DNA of 64,000 nucleotides from a virus: IMG/VR virus record IMGVR_UViG_3300028653_000010; one strand, 5' to 3'. Shown piece by piece: positions 10,120 to 18,867 of this stretch (position 1 is its first letter; each line of letters starts with the position of its first letter). The notes under the pieces were generated by a model. It saw only the letters and a program-made list of their open reading frames with translations, ran no database searches and was not told where the DNA came from. The position numbers and the translations under genes were made by a program.

Positions 10120-11342
10120 GGAATAGAGTCCTCTTGGGATGTAGTGACCTTGCCATCTGCAGAACTCAGGAAGAATTCGTCAATGGTCCTGAACAGATTG
10201 AGCGCTTTCGTCCCCGCCTTGGGCTTCCCGATGTACCCGCGAAAGGTGACATCATAGCCCTTCATATTCTGAATTAGCTCGGTGAGCTGCCTAATACTCA
10301 CAGAGGCGGAGAAAGAGTCAGCCGTGGAAGCCGTAGTACCCTCTTCAGTATCGACAACAGGAGTAGCCTCAATCTTGATTGACTTGGACTTCGAGGTGGT
10401 GACATTGAACCAAATCTTGCTGGTCTTCGCGTCGTAGTTGAATACGATGCTGTCATCCTTTTCCTTCAAGGCTCCTTTGGATGACTCCAAAGCATGTAGG
10501 AAACGGGCCTTGTTAACCCGAACCACCAATGAGTCCATCTTGAGGTTGTGGTGGATGAACTTGTCGTGCAGGTCCCCAATCTTGCTCCAACCAAAGACGT
10601 CCCCTTTGGAACTGACTGCAAAGGTAAGGTTACCATTGATCTTGATGGCAACCACACTACCACTGTCGCACTTACTAAGGAAACTCAAGAATGCTGGTAT
10701 GTGCGTAGCATGAATAGCCAATCTCTTACCAACAAAGTGGTCGCTCTTGAAGTAGTAGGCTATGTACCGATCAGTAGCGTACAGGTAGCCGTCCCCTTTC
10801 TCAAGCCGAGTCTTGTCGATAACCTCGACACCTCGGAACGCTTCGGACACACTCTGGTCAATCTTATCGGCCATGAAAACCCGAGCAAGGCTGATTGCCT
10901 CCTTCAAGATCGACGGGTTGTACTCATAGGTCTCAGTAGCAGCCGCTAGGTCATCATCGTACCGGGAGATGCTATCAGGGGCGTAGCTACCGAACTCAGC
11001 CTCAGCCCCATCCGGGCTTGTCATATACTTGACCAGGTGGCGACCATCCTCATCTGAAGAGGCTTCGATGATACAAGTCTCTTCCTCCTTGGCTAGTGGA
11101 CGCAATGAGTTACTCAGATTAACTGCTGGGAATACAAAAGCCCCGTCACCACTCGAATCAATCAAGTCGAACTTGGCCCTAGCAACACAATTATCTCCAC
11201 TGGAGTACAAGTAGCACTCCTTGCCGCTCACAACGAAAAGGTACCCTGCGGCTTCGTTAGTAGTCTGGTGCGGAACTACAGCCGACACTATGTCAAGGGC
11301 CTCAATGATATCGGCCAAGTTGAAATTGATTTGAATCTTCAT
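10080..11342 (-). CDS. Divergent DNA polymerase III beta sliding clamp-like protein
   Basis: 420 aa; 'LADIIEALDIVSAVV', 'LKEAISLARVF', 'YLYATD' clamp patterns; clamp-loader genes nearby. Confidence 0.65.
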   Translation of the reverse strand: MKIQINFNLADIIEALDIVSAVVPHQTTNEAAGYLFVVSGKECYLYSSGDNCVARAKFDLIDSSGDGAFVFPAVNLSNSLRPLAKEEETCIIEASSDEDGRHLVKYMTSPDGAEAEFGSYAPDSISRYDDDLAAATETYEYNPSILKEAISLARVFMADKIDQSVSEAFRGVEVIDKTRLEKGDGYLYATDRYIAYYFKSDHFVGKRLAIHATHIPAFLSFLSKCDSGSVVAIKINGNLTFAVSSKGDVFGWSKIGDLHDKFIHHNLKMDSLVVRVNKARFLHALESSKGALKEKDDSIVFNYDAKTSKIWFNVTTSKSKSIKIEATPVVDTEEGTTASTADSFSASVSIRQLTELIQNMKGYDVTFRGYIGKPKAGTKALNLFRTIDEFFLSSADGKVTTSQEDSIPCRITRFMSSLTK

Positions 11343-11350
11343 TTAGCTCC

Positions 11351-11635
11351 TCATTTCCTGTCATACTCTGCGAAAGTACCTTCTACCTCAGTCAGTTGTC
11401 TGTCGTAATCTTCGAGCATATCCTCAAGATCCTTTTGGGTCTTGTTCCGCTCCTCAACAAGAGTCTTGGGGTTATACCCAGCCGCATCAATCTCTCGTAC
11501 TAGGGAGGCAAGTTCTTCCTTCTTCGACTTTAACTCCCCAGATAATTCTGACTTGCGACGTAGTATTCTAGTGTGGCGCTGAAGGATACCGGCCACCTTC
11601 TCTTGTAGTTTATCTGGTGTCAAAAGCTGAGACAT
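11351..11635 (-). CDS. Small coiled-coil protein
   Basis: GAGGTG SD before ATG 11635; heptad-rich. Confidence 0.7.
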   Translation of the reverse strand: MSQLLTPDKLQEKVAGILQRHTRILRRKSELSGELKSKKEELASLVREIDAAGYNPKTLVEERNKTQKDLEDMLEDYDRQLTEVEGTFAEYDRK

Positions 11636-11657
11636 CAAACCACCTCTCCATGAAGCT

Positions 11658-12623
11658 TCAGTCGTCAATACCGAGGGCAAGTTCTGTTACACCTTCTGGC
11701 AGGTTTAGTCTGGGGCGTGGGCGAGATTTCTGTACTTGTTTCTTACCGTCCTCACACACCGATGCAAATGCACACAAGTTACAACCATAACTGGGTTGTG
11801 ATGGGAAAAGCTCCTGTCTTAGGTCATTATATGCTTGAGACCCTTTTCCAGCCTTGTCTAAACGATCAGTTGCAACGTCAATGCGAGTTAGTACAGACAG
11901 AACCTCAACCCTCAGTTGATACAAGTCTTGTTCGGAGAATTCTACCCACTCAATAGCCTTATCGCCCTCGAATCTCCAGAAAATGTAGCCGATACCACCA
12001 GGTATACTGCTGAACTTAGCCTTGTATAGCAGGGCGTACCACTTCAATTGGGTCCCTTCGATCTTCTGTCCTTTGGCTAACCTGTGACCATCGACATAGG
12101 TCTCACGGTGCTTGGAGCCCTTGCCATCAAGAATCACAAGGTCATTGAATGGCTTCACCCGTTGAATGATGAAGTCGGCGCGGCCCCCAATGATGTACTT
12201 GCCGAACTTGAAGTCGAGTTTGAACTCAGTATCCATGCGAGGACCGACGAAACGGTTCTCTCGGATGGTCTGAACTCCAATAGGGATCGTCGCTTCGAGA
12301 TCTGCAATGATCTCCTCCTTACTATGATAGTTGGCTTTCTCATCAAACCAATCTACGTCTCGCCCCTTCTCCATAGACTCGTTGATGGCTGCATCAAGGT
12401 GCACGGGGGCGATCTCCAACAAGCGCCGCAGAAGGTCCTTGTCCTTCCAAATCTTTTGCTTGTAGAAGGCCTCGAAAACGGTACCAATGGTGGTACCGTA
12501 CAGTGAATTTACACTGTTTTCCTGTACCTTGAGCTTGTACTTGACCACATACTTGAACCAATAGGCATACGGACACTTCTCGTATTCCTTGTACCCAGAG
12601 TATGAGATGTAGTTGACGCTCAT
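11658..12623 (-). CDS. PD-(D/E)XK nuclease, RecB/AddB/Cas4-like
   Basis: 'SYS..YEKCP', 'GRAD', 'ILDGK', 'QLKWY', C-term 'CNLCAFASVC'. Confidence 0.85.
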   Translation of the reverse strand: MSVNYISYSGYKEYEKCPYAYWFKYVVKYKLKVQENSVNSLYGTTIGTVFEAFYKQKIWKDKDLLRRLLEIAPVHLDAAINESMEKGRDVDWFDEKANYHSKEEIIADLEATIPIGVQTIRENRFVGPRMDTEFKLDFKFGKYIIGGRADFIIQRVKPFNDLVILDGKGSKHRETYVDGHRLAKGQKIEGTQLKWYALLYKAKFSSIPGGIGYIFWRFEGDKAIEWVEFSEQDLYQLRVEVLSVLTRIDVATDRLDKAGKGSQAYNDLRQELFPSQPSYGCNLCAFASVCEDGKKQVQKSRPRPRLNLPEGVTELALGIDD

Positions 12624-13594
12624 CCTACTTCAGCCATTTCTAGATACTTGAGTGCCTCAGATCGAACGTCATCAGCGAAGTCGAGAGACTTGATGTTGTC
12701 CTCGATAGTCTGATCTGGGTCAACTTCTCCCTCAGACACCAAACGCTGAACGAACTGGTCAATGTCTTGGCGCTCACGTTCTTGGACCGCCTTCTTCTCC
12801 AAGTCGAAGACATCCTCAGCGGGAGCAACCGCTAGCTTGTAGGTTTCGACTCGCAACCCACTACCATCAAACTCAACGAGTGCAACCTTCGGAGTACGTT
12901 CAAGGTTCTCCCTCACCAGTGACCCGCGAGATAGTGCACCTTGATTGACAAAGTACTTACCACCTACAACCTCAACACCTTGATCCTTATGCCAATGCCC
13001 AAACATGAAAACATCAGGGCCATTACGACTCACAAGTGATTCATAGGAGAACACGGGTTCGTTCCAGAAATCCTCAACAGAAGCCGGCGGACTCAATGAA
13101 GCTAAAGTGTGAACAACTGCTATTAAGTGAGTATCACCCTTCTTCTTTTGAATACTCATCAACTCATTGAGAGTCAGGTTGGGGTTGTAGGGGACGCCAA
13201 CCACACGCACTCGAAGATCCCCATCCTCAAAAACTCTCTCGTCAAGTTGCTCGAAGACCTTACTAGCATAGAGGGTGCCTAGAGGCTGCCTATCAAGGGT
13301 CTCCAGGTTGTTGTAGCGGATATCGTGGTTTCCTGGCACCATCAGAATAGGACATGGGTAACCAGCATGAATCAAGGCTGTCTTCTGAACCAAGTAATGC
13401 GAGTTACGGGTAGGGGCCTTGTTGTGGAAGTAGTCGCCCCCATCGAGCACTGCATTAACCTCAAAGTTCTTGGCTAGCTCCCCTACCTGAGTTAAGCTAT
13501 CCCAGATTTCTTCCGTGTAGTCCGCCTTCCAAGAGGCTGGACTATTGTCGGACAAGTGAGTGTCAGTCCTGAAAAGGAATGATAGTTTAGGCAT
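12620..13594 (-). CDS. sbcD: SbcD/Mre11-like metallophosphoesterase
   Basis: DTH, GDYF, GNHD and GHWH motifs. Confidence 0.88.
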   Translation of the reverse strand: MPKLSFLFRTDTHLSDNSPASWKADYTEEIWDSLTQVGELAKNFEVNAVLDGGDYFHNKAPTRNSHYLVQKTALIHAGYPCPILMVPGNHDIRYNNLETLDRQPLGTLYASKVFEQLDERVFEDGDLRVRVVGVPYNPNLTLNELMSIQKKKGDTHLIAVVHTLASLSPPASVEDFWNEPVFSYESLVSRNGPDVFMFGHWHKDQGVEVVGGKYFVNQGALSRGSLVRENLERTPKVALVEFDGSGLRVETYKLAVAPAEDVFDLEKKAVQERERQDIDQFVQRLVSEGEVDPDQTIEDNIKSLDFADDVRSEALKYLEMAEVG

Positions 13595-14933
13595 GTGAGT
13601 GGTCCAGGGTCATTGGTCGCACACAGGTTGGACAGACACCGAGCGCGCTGACCTCTTGCTCAAGACCAGCCTCCTCGACTTCAACCGTAGTCAATTCGCT
13701 TTCGAGGGTCCCAACCAGCCCCTGCAGGGACTGAAGCTTGGCGTGGTATTGATTCAGAGTACTTAGCTTGTTCTGCAACTGTTGAATTAGTTCTATATCT
13801 GGAACAGGAGCCTTGACCGCCTTACTTACGGTCTCGAACTTTGCCTTGAGCGCTCTGAGCTTGCCAATCCAAGAATCCAGGAGTGAGAACTTGGAAGACA
13901 ATGCATCTAGACCGGAGATCTCTGGTACTACCAAAGATTCGACCCATGTGAGCCCATCAACCCGAGATTGCCGGCGCGCGTGCTCAGTAGAAAACTTGGT
14001 GAGCTGAACCACCTTAGAGTTCATGGTGGAGACTGAAGCTATATTCGGAACACGGCCCTCCAGGTCCTCAACCCAACTCAAGCCAGACACAATCGCCTCT
14101 CGGCGGTCGTAGTCCTCAGAAAACTTGGTGAGCTGGTCAACCTTCTGACCTAGTTGGTCAATAGCGTCGATAGCAGGTACCTGGACAGACTCAACACTCG
14201 CCAAGGACCTGATCCGGAGCGCTAGGTCCTTGAGCTTGGAAAGGAACTCTTTGATGACCCCTAGCTTGACTTCCTTGGCCTCGATGACCTTGTACTGACC
14301 CTCTACGTCAACCACCTTCTGAAGGGCGTTATCCAGCCCCTCATAGGCACACAGACGAATCTTGAGCTTATCAGCATCCGCCTCTCGAATCTTCTTGACC
14401 CCCTGCAGGTCCCGACGGTCTTTCTCGACCAGCTTGGTAGCCTTGCTTACCCGATCCAACCTAGAAACATCGGATATAGTCTCGGCTACTACCCCACCAG
14501 ATTGGTCCAGAAGGAAAAGAGGGTAGAACTGGTCAGCAATCTGAATACTCTTGGAGGCATCGCCGACCTTGACCGGTGCAAGACCGTCCTTGAGGAGGAA
14601 CTCAGGGATACCCTTACCAGGCTTGTCGTACTTCTCTCCGTTGAAGAAGTATCGATTTACTGCATCCCCTTTCTCCCAAAATAAGTCGAACCCATCCATC
14701 ACAATGTGTACCGAGGAGGCACACTTGCAGGTCTTAACACCTCGAAGAACGCGAGCACAATCAAGCCCGTGCCTGACGAAGTTCACCCCCTCTGCATTGG
14801 TGAGAGCGCACTTGAGCGCTCTCACCAATGCACTCTTACCAATGTTGCTTCGGCCAACGATGGCAGTGAACCCGTCGAGGGAGATCTTGAGGTCCTCGAC
14901 AGACTGAAAGCCTTTGACCTCAATATTGATCAT
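13587..14933 (-). CDS. SbcC/Rad50 N-terminal half ending at the zinc hook
   Basis: 'GFQS', Walker A GRSNIGKS, Q-loop, coiled coil, C-terminal CPTC; no Walker B. Confidence 0.85.
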   Translation of the reverse strand: MINIEVKGFQSVEDLKISLDGFTAIVGRSNIGKSALVRALKCALTNAEGVNFVRHGLDCARVLRGVKTCKCASSVHIVMDGFDLFWEKGDAVNRYFFNGEKYDKPGKGIPEFLLKDGLAPVKVGDASKSIQIADQFYPLFLLDQSGGVVAETISDVSRLDRVSKATKLVEKDRRDLQGVKKIREADADKLKIRLCAYEGLDNALQKVVDVEGQYKVIEAKEVKLGVIKEFLSKLKDLALRIRSLASVESVQVPAIDAIDQLGQKVDQLTKFSEDYDRREAIVSGLSWVEDLEGRVPNIASVSTMNSKVVQLTKFSTEHARRQSRVDGLTWVESLVVPEISGLDALSSKFSLLDSWIGKLRALKAKFETVSKAVKAPVPDIELIQQLQNKLSTLNQYHAKLQSLQGLVGTLESELTTVEVEEAGLEQEVSALGVCPTCVRPMTLDHSHA

Positions 14934-16159
14934 GACCCCTCGGAAACTACCTCTTCAGGAGTGGTATCAACTGCCTCGTCAAACAGGGTATCGTCATCGA
15001 GTTCTTTCCTCATGTCAGATACGATGTCATCGTCATCAACCTCGGTAACCGCGGTTGGGGCCTCAGAAAGAAGGCTCTGCATCACACTATCCCGAAGCTT
15101 CTCGAAAGCCTTTGGGTTACTCACTAGATAACTACGTAGCTTGTCTCGACCCTTGAAGGACTCACCCTCGAAGTCGTAGGCTGACGCTCTTTTGAGTATG
15201 ATCTTGCGAGGTACCGCCGCCTCAACCAAGGACAGGTACTCATCAACTCCAGTACCATACCGAATGAAGATCTCGCAGGCATGTCCTTGCTTCCCATCCA
15301 TCTTGTTCTTGACGGCCTTGACCTGAACCACGTTACCGAAGGGGATCTTCTTCTTTTGAAGGGTGATTGGGTCCACCTTTTCGATGAACTCTGACTTGAT
15401 TCGAGTCAGCTTCAAGCGTAGGCTTGCATAGAACTTCACGGCTTTACCACCAGCCGTGTTGTCGTCACCAGGACCATAGCTAGTTTTTGATATGTTAGCT
15501 CGAACCTGGTTGATGAAGATAACCACTGTCGGGCTGCCCTTGAGCCACTGAGTCATCTTCGGAAGGACCGAACTCATCGACCGAGCTAGAACTCCAATGG
15601 CAGCCGCGTCATCGAGCTTCTTCTCCAACTCAGCCTTGGGTACCATCGCGGCTACCGAGTCAATGACAACCAGTCCAACCCCTTGTTTGATGGCGATGTA
15701 GAGCATTTTCATGCCCTCTTCCAAGGTGGTTGGTGCGAACAAGCTCAGGTAGGACTCATCGAAGTTGACTCCAATCGACCGCGCGTATCCGTGGTGGATA
15801 GCGTTTTCATAGTCGAAGTACAGAACCCCTTGCTTGGCTCGCTGAGCCTGAACTGCAGCAGCTAAAGCAAGGGTAGTCTTACCACTTGACTCAGCTCCGT
15901 AGATCTCTGTGATACGTCCTCGGGGGTACCCAGGACATACCAGCCCTGACCCGTCAAGGATTGGAGTCCCACCAATCAAGCTATCAACCGCGATAGCTCC
16001 TGATTGCAAGTGAGGCCAGGAACCATTCCGGGTACCAATTGGGTCTTGGTCCGTCGCCTTCTTAATGAAGGCTCGTGTCTGCGCCATCATCTCTCTTCGC
16101 TTGGCGTCGACTTCATCCATAGGGGGTTGAGCATTTTTCTTAGAGGCAGCCATAATCAC
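14930..16159 (-). CDS. recA: RecA recombinase
   Basis: 'GRITEIYGAESSGKTTL', 'IDSVAA', 'FINQVR', 'GGKAVKFYAS', 'VKNK'. Confidence 0.96.
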   Translation of the reverse strand: MIMAASKKNAQPPMDEVDAKRREMMAQTRAFIKKATDQDPIGTRNGSWPHLQSGAIAVDSLIGGTPILDGSGLVCPGYPRGRITEIYGAESSGKTTLALAAAVQAQRAKQGVLYFDYENAIHHGYARSIGVNFDESYLSLFAPTTLEEGMKMLYIAIKQGVGLVVIDSVAAMVPKAELEKKLDDAAAIGVLARSMSSVLPKMTQWLKGSPTVVIFINQVRANISKTSYGPGDDNTAGGKAVKFYASLRLKLTRIKSEFIEKVDPITLQKKKIPFGNVVQVKAVKNKMDGKQGHACEIFIRYGTGVDEYLSLVEAAVPRKIILKRASAYDFEGESFKGRDKLRSYLVSNPKAFEKLRDSVMQSLLSEAPTAVTEVDDDDIVSDMRKELDDDTLFDEAVDTTPEEVVSEGS

Positions 16160-16797
16160 TCCAATTTTGAGAACCTGAAGAACCTATCGTTTTCCCTGAA
16201 TAGCGTTCCGTACTTGTCGATCTCGCCCGAGCGAACACCCTTTGAGAAAGTGTGCTCCCCAATAAAGGTGTGTCGCTCGGACGGGATCAGTACATCTTCA
16301 TCTATCTCACCCTCTAACAGCAGCCAGAACCGAGCTGCGAATCTCGCCACGTTATAGGCATCAGCTTCGTCGTTGTTCCAACGAGTGATGCCTGTATCCG
16401 CTTTGGCCATCGCAACCATGTCAGACTTGAACATTTTCCCTTTGCGTATGGAGGGATCCTCCTTGGCAAGGGACTTCACTGTTAGAGGATCGAAGTACAC
16501 CACATCTCGTCGATGGGTATAAATCGCTTCATTTACATATGTGAACAGGGCGTAGAGTCCTTCAGACCAACCTTCACCAAAAGGGGGTGACTCTACTCCA
16601 ACGATGCTAACCTCAGGGTAATCATCAAGTAAGTTGTTAATGCACGATCGCAAACCCATGTATCGAGCTACGAACACCATATCAGCAGGGCTTGAAAAAC
16701 GGCCCTTATCTATGACGCGCGCCTTACCTACTGCCCATGGGTCGTGTACACACCAACCCATATCAGAGAATGATGGATCTAGCCCGAGGGAATACAT
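16156..16797 (-). CDS. RuvC-like Holliday junction resolvase
   Basis: 'LGLDPS..GW', 'VGVE', 'K..MV', 'DEADA'. Confidence 0.8.
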   Translation of the reverse strand: MYSLGLDPSFSDMGWCVHDPWAVGKARVIDKGRFSSPADMVFVARYMGLRSCINNLLDDYPEVSIVGVESPPFGEGWSEGLYALFTYVNEAIYTHRRDVVYFDPLTVKSLAKEDPSIRKGKMFKSDMVAMAKADTGITRWNNDEADAYNVARFAARFWLLLEGEIDEDVLIPSERHTFIGEHTFSKGVRSGEIDKYGTLFRENDRFFRFSKLE

Positions 16798-16850
16798 TAA
16801 GCACACCTGTACCGCTAGTAGTCAACAAGTCGTTGTTGACTACTGGACGA

Positions 16851-16889
16851 AAAAGTGCCTGAGTAGGGACGCACTAACGCCCCTACTCA
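16851..16889 (-). terminator. Probable intrinsic terminator after the SSB gene
   Basis: TGAGTAGGGGCG..CGTCCCTACTCA hairpin followed by GGCACTTTTT on minus. Confidence 0.5.
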
Positions 16890-16902
16890 CAGTTACCACG
16901 GG

Positions 16903-17772
16903 TTAGACGTTACCGAGGACTCCGGAGAAGTCCTCGTCGCTGATATCCACGCTGGAGGAACCCCCACCACCGGCTGCCGGCATACCAAGCTTCTCTCGAA
17001 GCTCATCCGTCGTCAGCGTACGGAATGGGCTCAACTTAGCGTACAAGGCGAATGCCTTCTCGAGTACCATCTTCTTGAAGTTCTCGTTCTTCAAGTAGAT
17101 GGCGCTGCCCGCCTGTGTGATGGTATTCTTCTGGAAGTTGGTGTCACTGCAGGTGAGGTTCAAGTCGATCTGTGAGATGGAAGAACCATCCCCAACGAGA
17201 CCCTTATTCATCCTGCGGAAGTTTCCGTACATCTCGGGAGTAGTGCGCCAGGGGAGAACTCTCCAATGCTTGGAGAGACGCTCCTTGTCGATCTCACCTT
17301 CACGGTCAGTTGGGTACCACAGAACCACTGTGATCACGTAGTCCTTACGGTCACCAACCTTGGCCCAAACCTTCTCGTCAGCTGGGCTAAGCCCCGTCGG
17401 CCATGAGAGGAATCCAAGACCTTCCTTGTAGACCGCCGAAGCCGGCTTGAACCGAGCTTCCCTCAGGTCCAACAGGTCGACAGGTTCAAGAGCGTCAACC
17501 GACTTGTTGAGCTTGGCAGCGATGCTTGCGCGGACCTTCTTGATGATGGCCTTCTGTTGCTCCTGACTCAGATCCGGCTTGGCCTTGAGCTGGTTACGGA
17601 GTTGAATAGTCTCGTAGTTGTTGAAGTACACAAGAGCAATGCGGTCGGTACGACCCTTCTCACCCTTGTACCACTCAAGCTTGTTGGACTGGACTCGCCC
17701 CTTGTCCTCATCCCCAAGGCCAATGTCTTCGTTAACGTCGGGTAGCTCGATGTCTAGATCTTCTTCAGCCAT
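16903..17772 (-). CDS. Putative single-stranded DNA-binding protein (gp32-like)
   Basis: Position among recombination genes, aromatic-rich core, Gly linker, acidic tail 'DISDEDFSGVLGNV'. Confidence 0.6.
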   Translation of the reverse strand: MAEEDLDIELPDVNEDIGLGDEDKGRVQSNKLEWYKGEKGRTDRIALVYFNNYETIQLRNQLKAKPDLSQEQQKAIIKKVRASIAAKLNKSVDALEPVDLLDLREARFKPASAVYKEGLGFLSWPTGLSPADEKVWAKVGDRKDYVITVVLWYPTDREGEIDKERLSKHWRVLPWRTTPEMYGNFRRMNKGLVGDGSSISQIDLNLTCSDTNFQKNTITQAGSAIYLKNENFKKMVLEKAFALYAKLSPFRTLTTDELREKLGMPAAGGGGSSSVDISDEDFSGVLGNV

Positions 17773-17952
17773 GATTGTGTGTTTTCCTTTATTTGCAATG
17801 ACGTGGCCCCAGTTACAATTTGGTAGGTAGAGCTGGGTAACCTGGTCTGTGCTTCAATGTAGTACGCCATAGGACTGGATAGTGTCACCACGGACGGATC
17901 ATGTCAGTGACGTACCAGTGATCTGTTACACCAACAGTCGGTGCGAGACGAC

Positions 17953-18867
17953 TTACACGTTACTTAAAACGTCTTCAAAGTTGAAGTCTATGTCATCTAA
18001 CTTTACTTTTGCAGGTGACTCTTCTGCAGCCTTGGGTTTCTTTGAAGTTGCCTTAGCTGGCGCTGGTTTTTCCTCTAAGAAACTTGCTAGATCATCTTCA
18101 TCAGAGGTTGAAGTTGGATCACTAACCTCTACCACTGAAGGTACCCCGCTCGAAACTTCAGGTGCACTAGCTTGTTTCTCAGCAGGCTTCTCTAGTTCTG
18201 CTACAACAACCTCAGAAGATGGCTCTTCATCTTGAATACCAGCTAGAGCCGCTGCAAGATCACTGTCTTCGTCTTCCGACGTAGTACTAGGGACAAGTGG
18301 TATAGTACCCTTCATCAAGTTCTCTAGTTCATTCTCGTTGATATCAGCAGGGGCTCCAGAGGGTGGGGGGTTGCTACCAACTGGAGACTCATCCCCATAA
18401 CCGGACCCAGACATGCGGTCAGAGAATAAAAGGCTCCGCTGTACTTTAATCTCAGTGGAGGTTCGAATCAACTCATCGTGAACCAGCTTGACTGCCTTAT
18501 CCACGGTCTCCACATCGAGCAGGTCTCTCTTCTTTGAAGCTATGCTCTGGACCTGCTGACGAAGCATCGTGTTGACGACGGCCTCACGGTCACGGATGTT
18601 AGGCTGGCGCTGTACTGTCTCATTCTCAGCCAGCAAGTGGTCCTTCTCTATCGAGAGGGCAGTCTCTTCACCGGCGATCTGAACCATCAAGTTACGTCGC
18701 TTCAGACTCAGATCAACTCGACGCTGGGACACCTTGTTCAGGTAGTTGCGACACTTTGAAGTTACCGATTGGATGTATCTAGCCCCCAGCACTGTTGGAT
18801 CCGGCTCCAACTCAACTCGGAACGTACCAATCTCGCGATATAAATCATCAACGTACTTCTGGTCCAC
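17953..18867 (-). CDS. Coiled-coil protein with acidic tail (possible UvsY-like mediator)
   Basis: Helical N-terminal ~150 aa; disordered acidic C-terminus; next to SSB. Confidence 0.5.
   Translation of the reverse strand: MDQKYVDDLYREIGTFRVELEPDPTVLGARYIQSVTSKCRNYLNKVSQRRVDLSLKRRNLMVQIAGEETALSIEKDHLLAENETVQRQPNIRDREAVVNTMLRQQVQSIASKKRDLLDVETVDKAVKLVHDELIRTSTEIKVQRSLLFSDRMSGSGYGDESPVGSNPPPSGAPADINENELENLMKGTIPLVPSTTSEDEDSDLAAALAGIQDEEPSSEVVVAELEKPAEKQASAPEVSSGVPSVVEVSDPTSTSDEDDLASFLEEKPAPAKATSKKPKAAEESPAKVKLDDIDFNFEDVLSNV

Noticed and set aside
11658-12623. Cas4 or CRISPR system
   Set aside because: No repeat-spacer array or other cas genes; the context is recombination.
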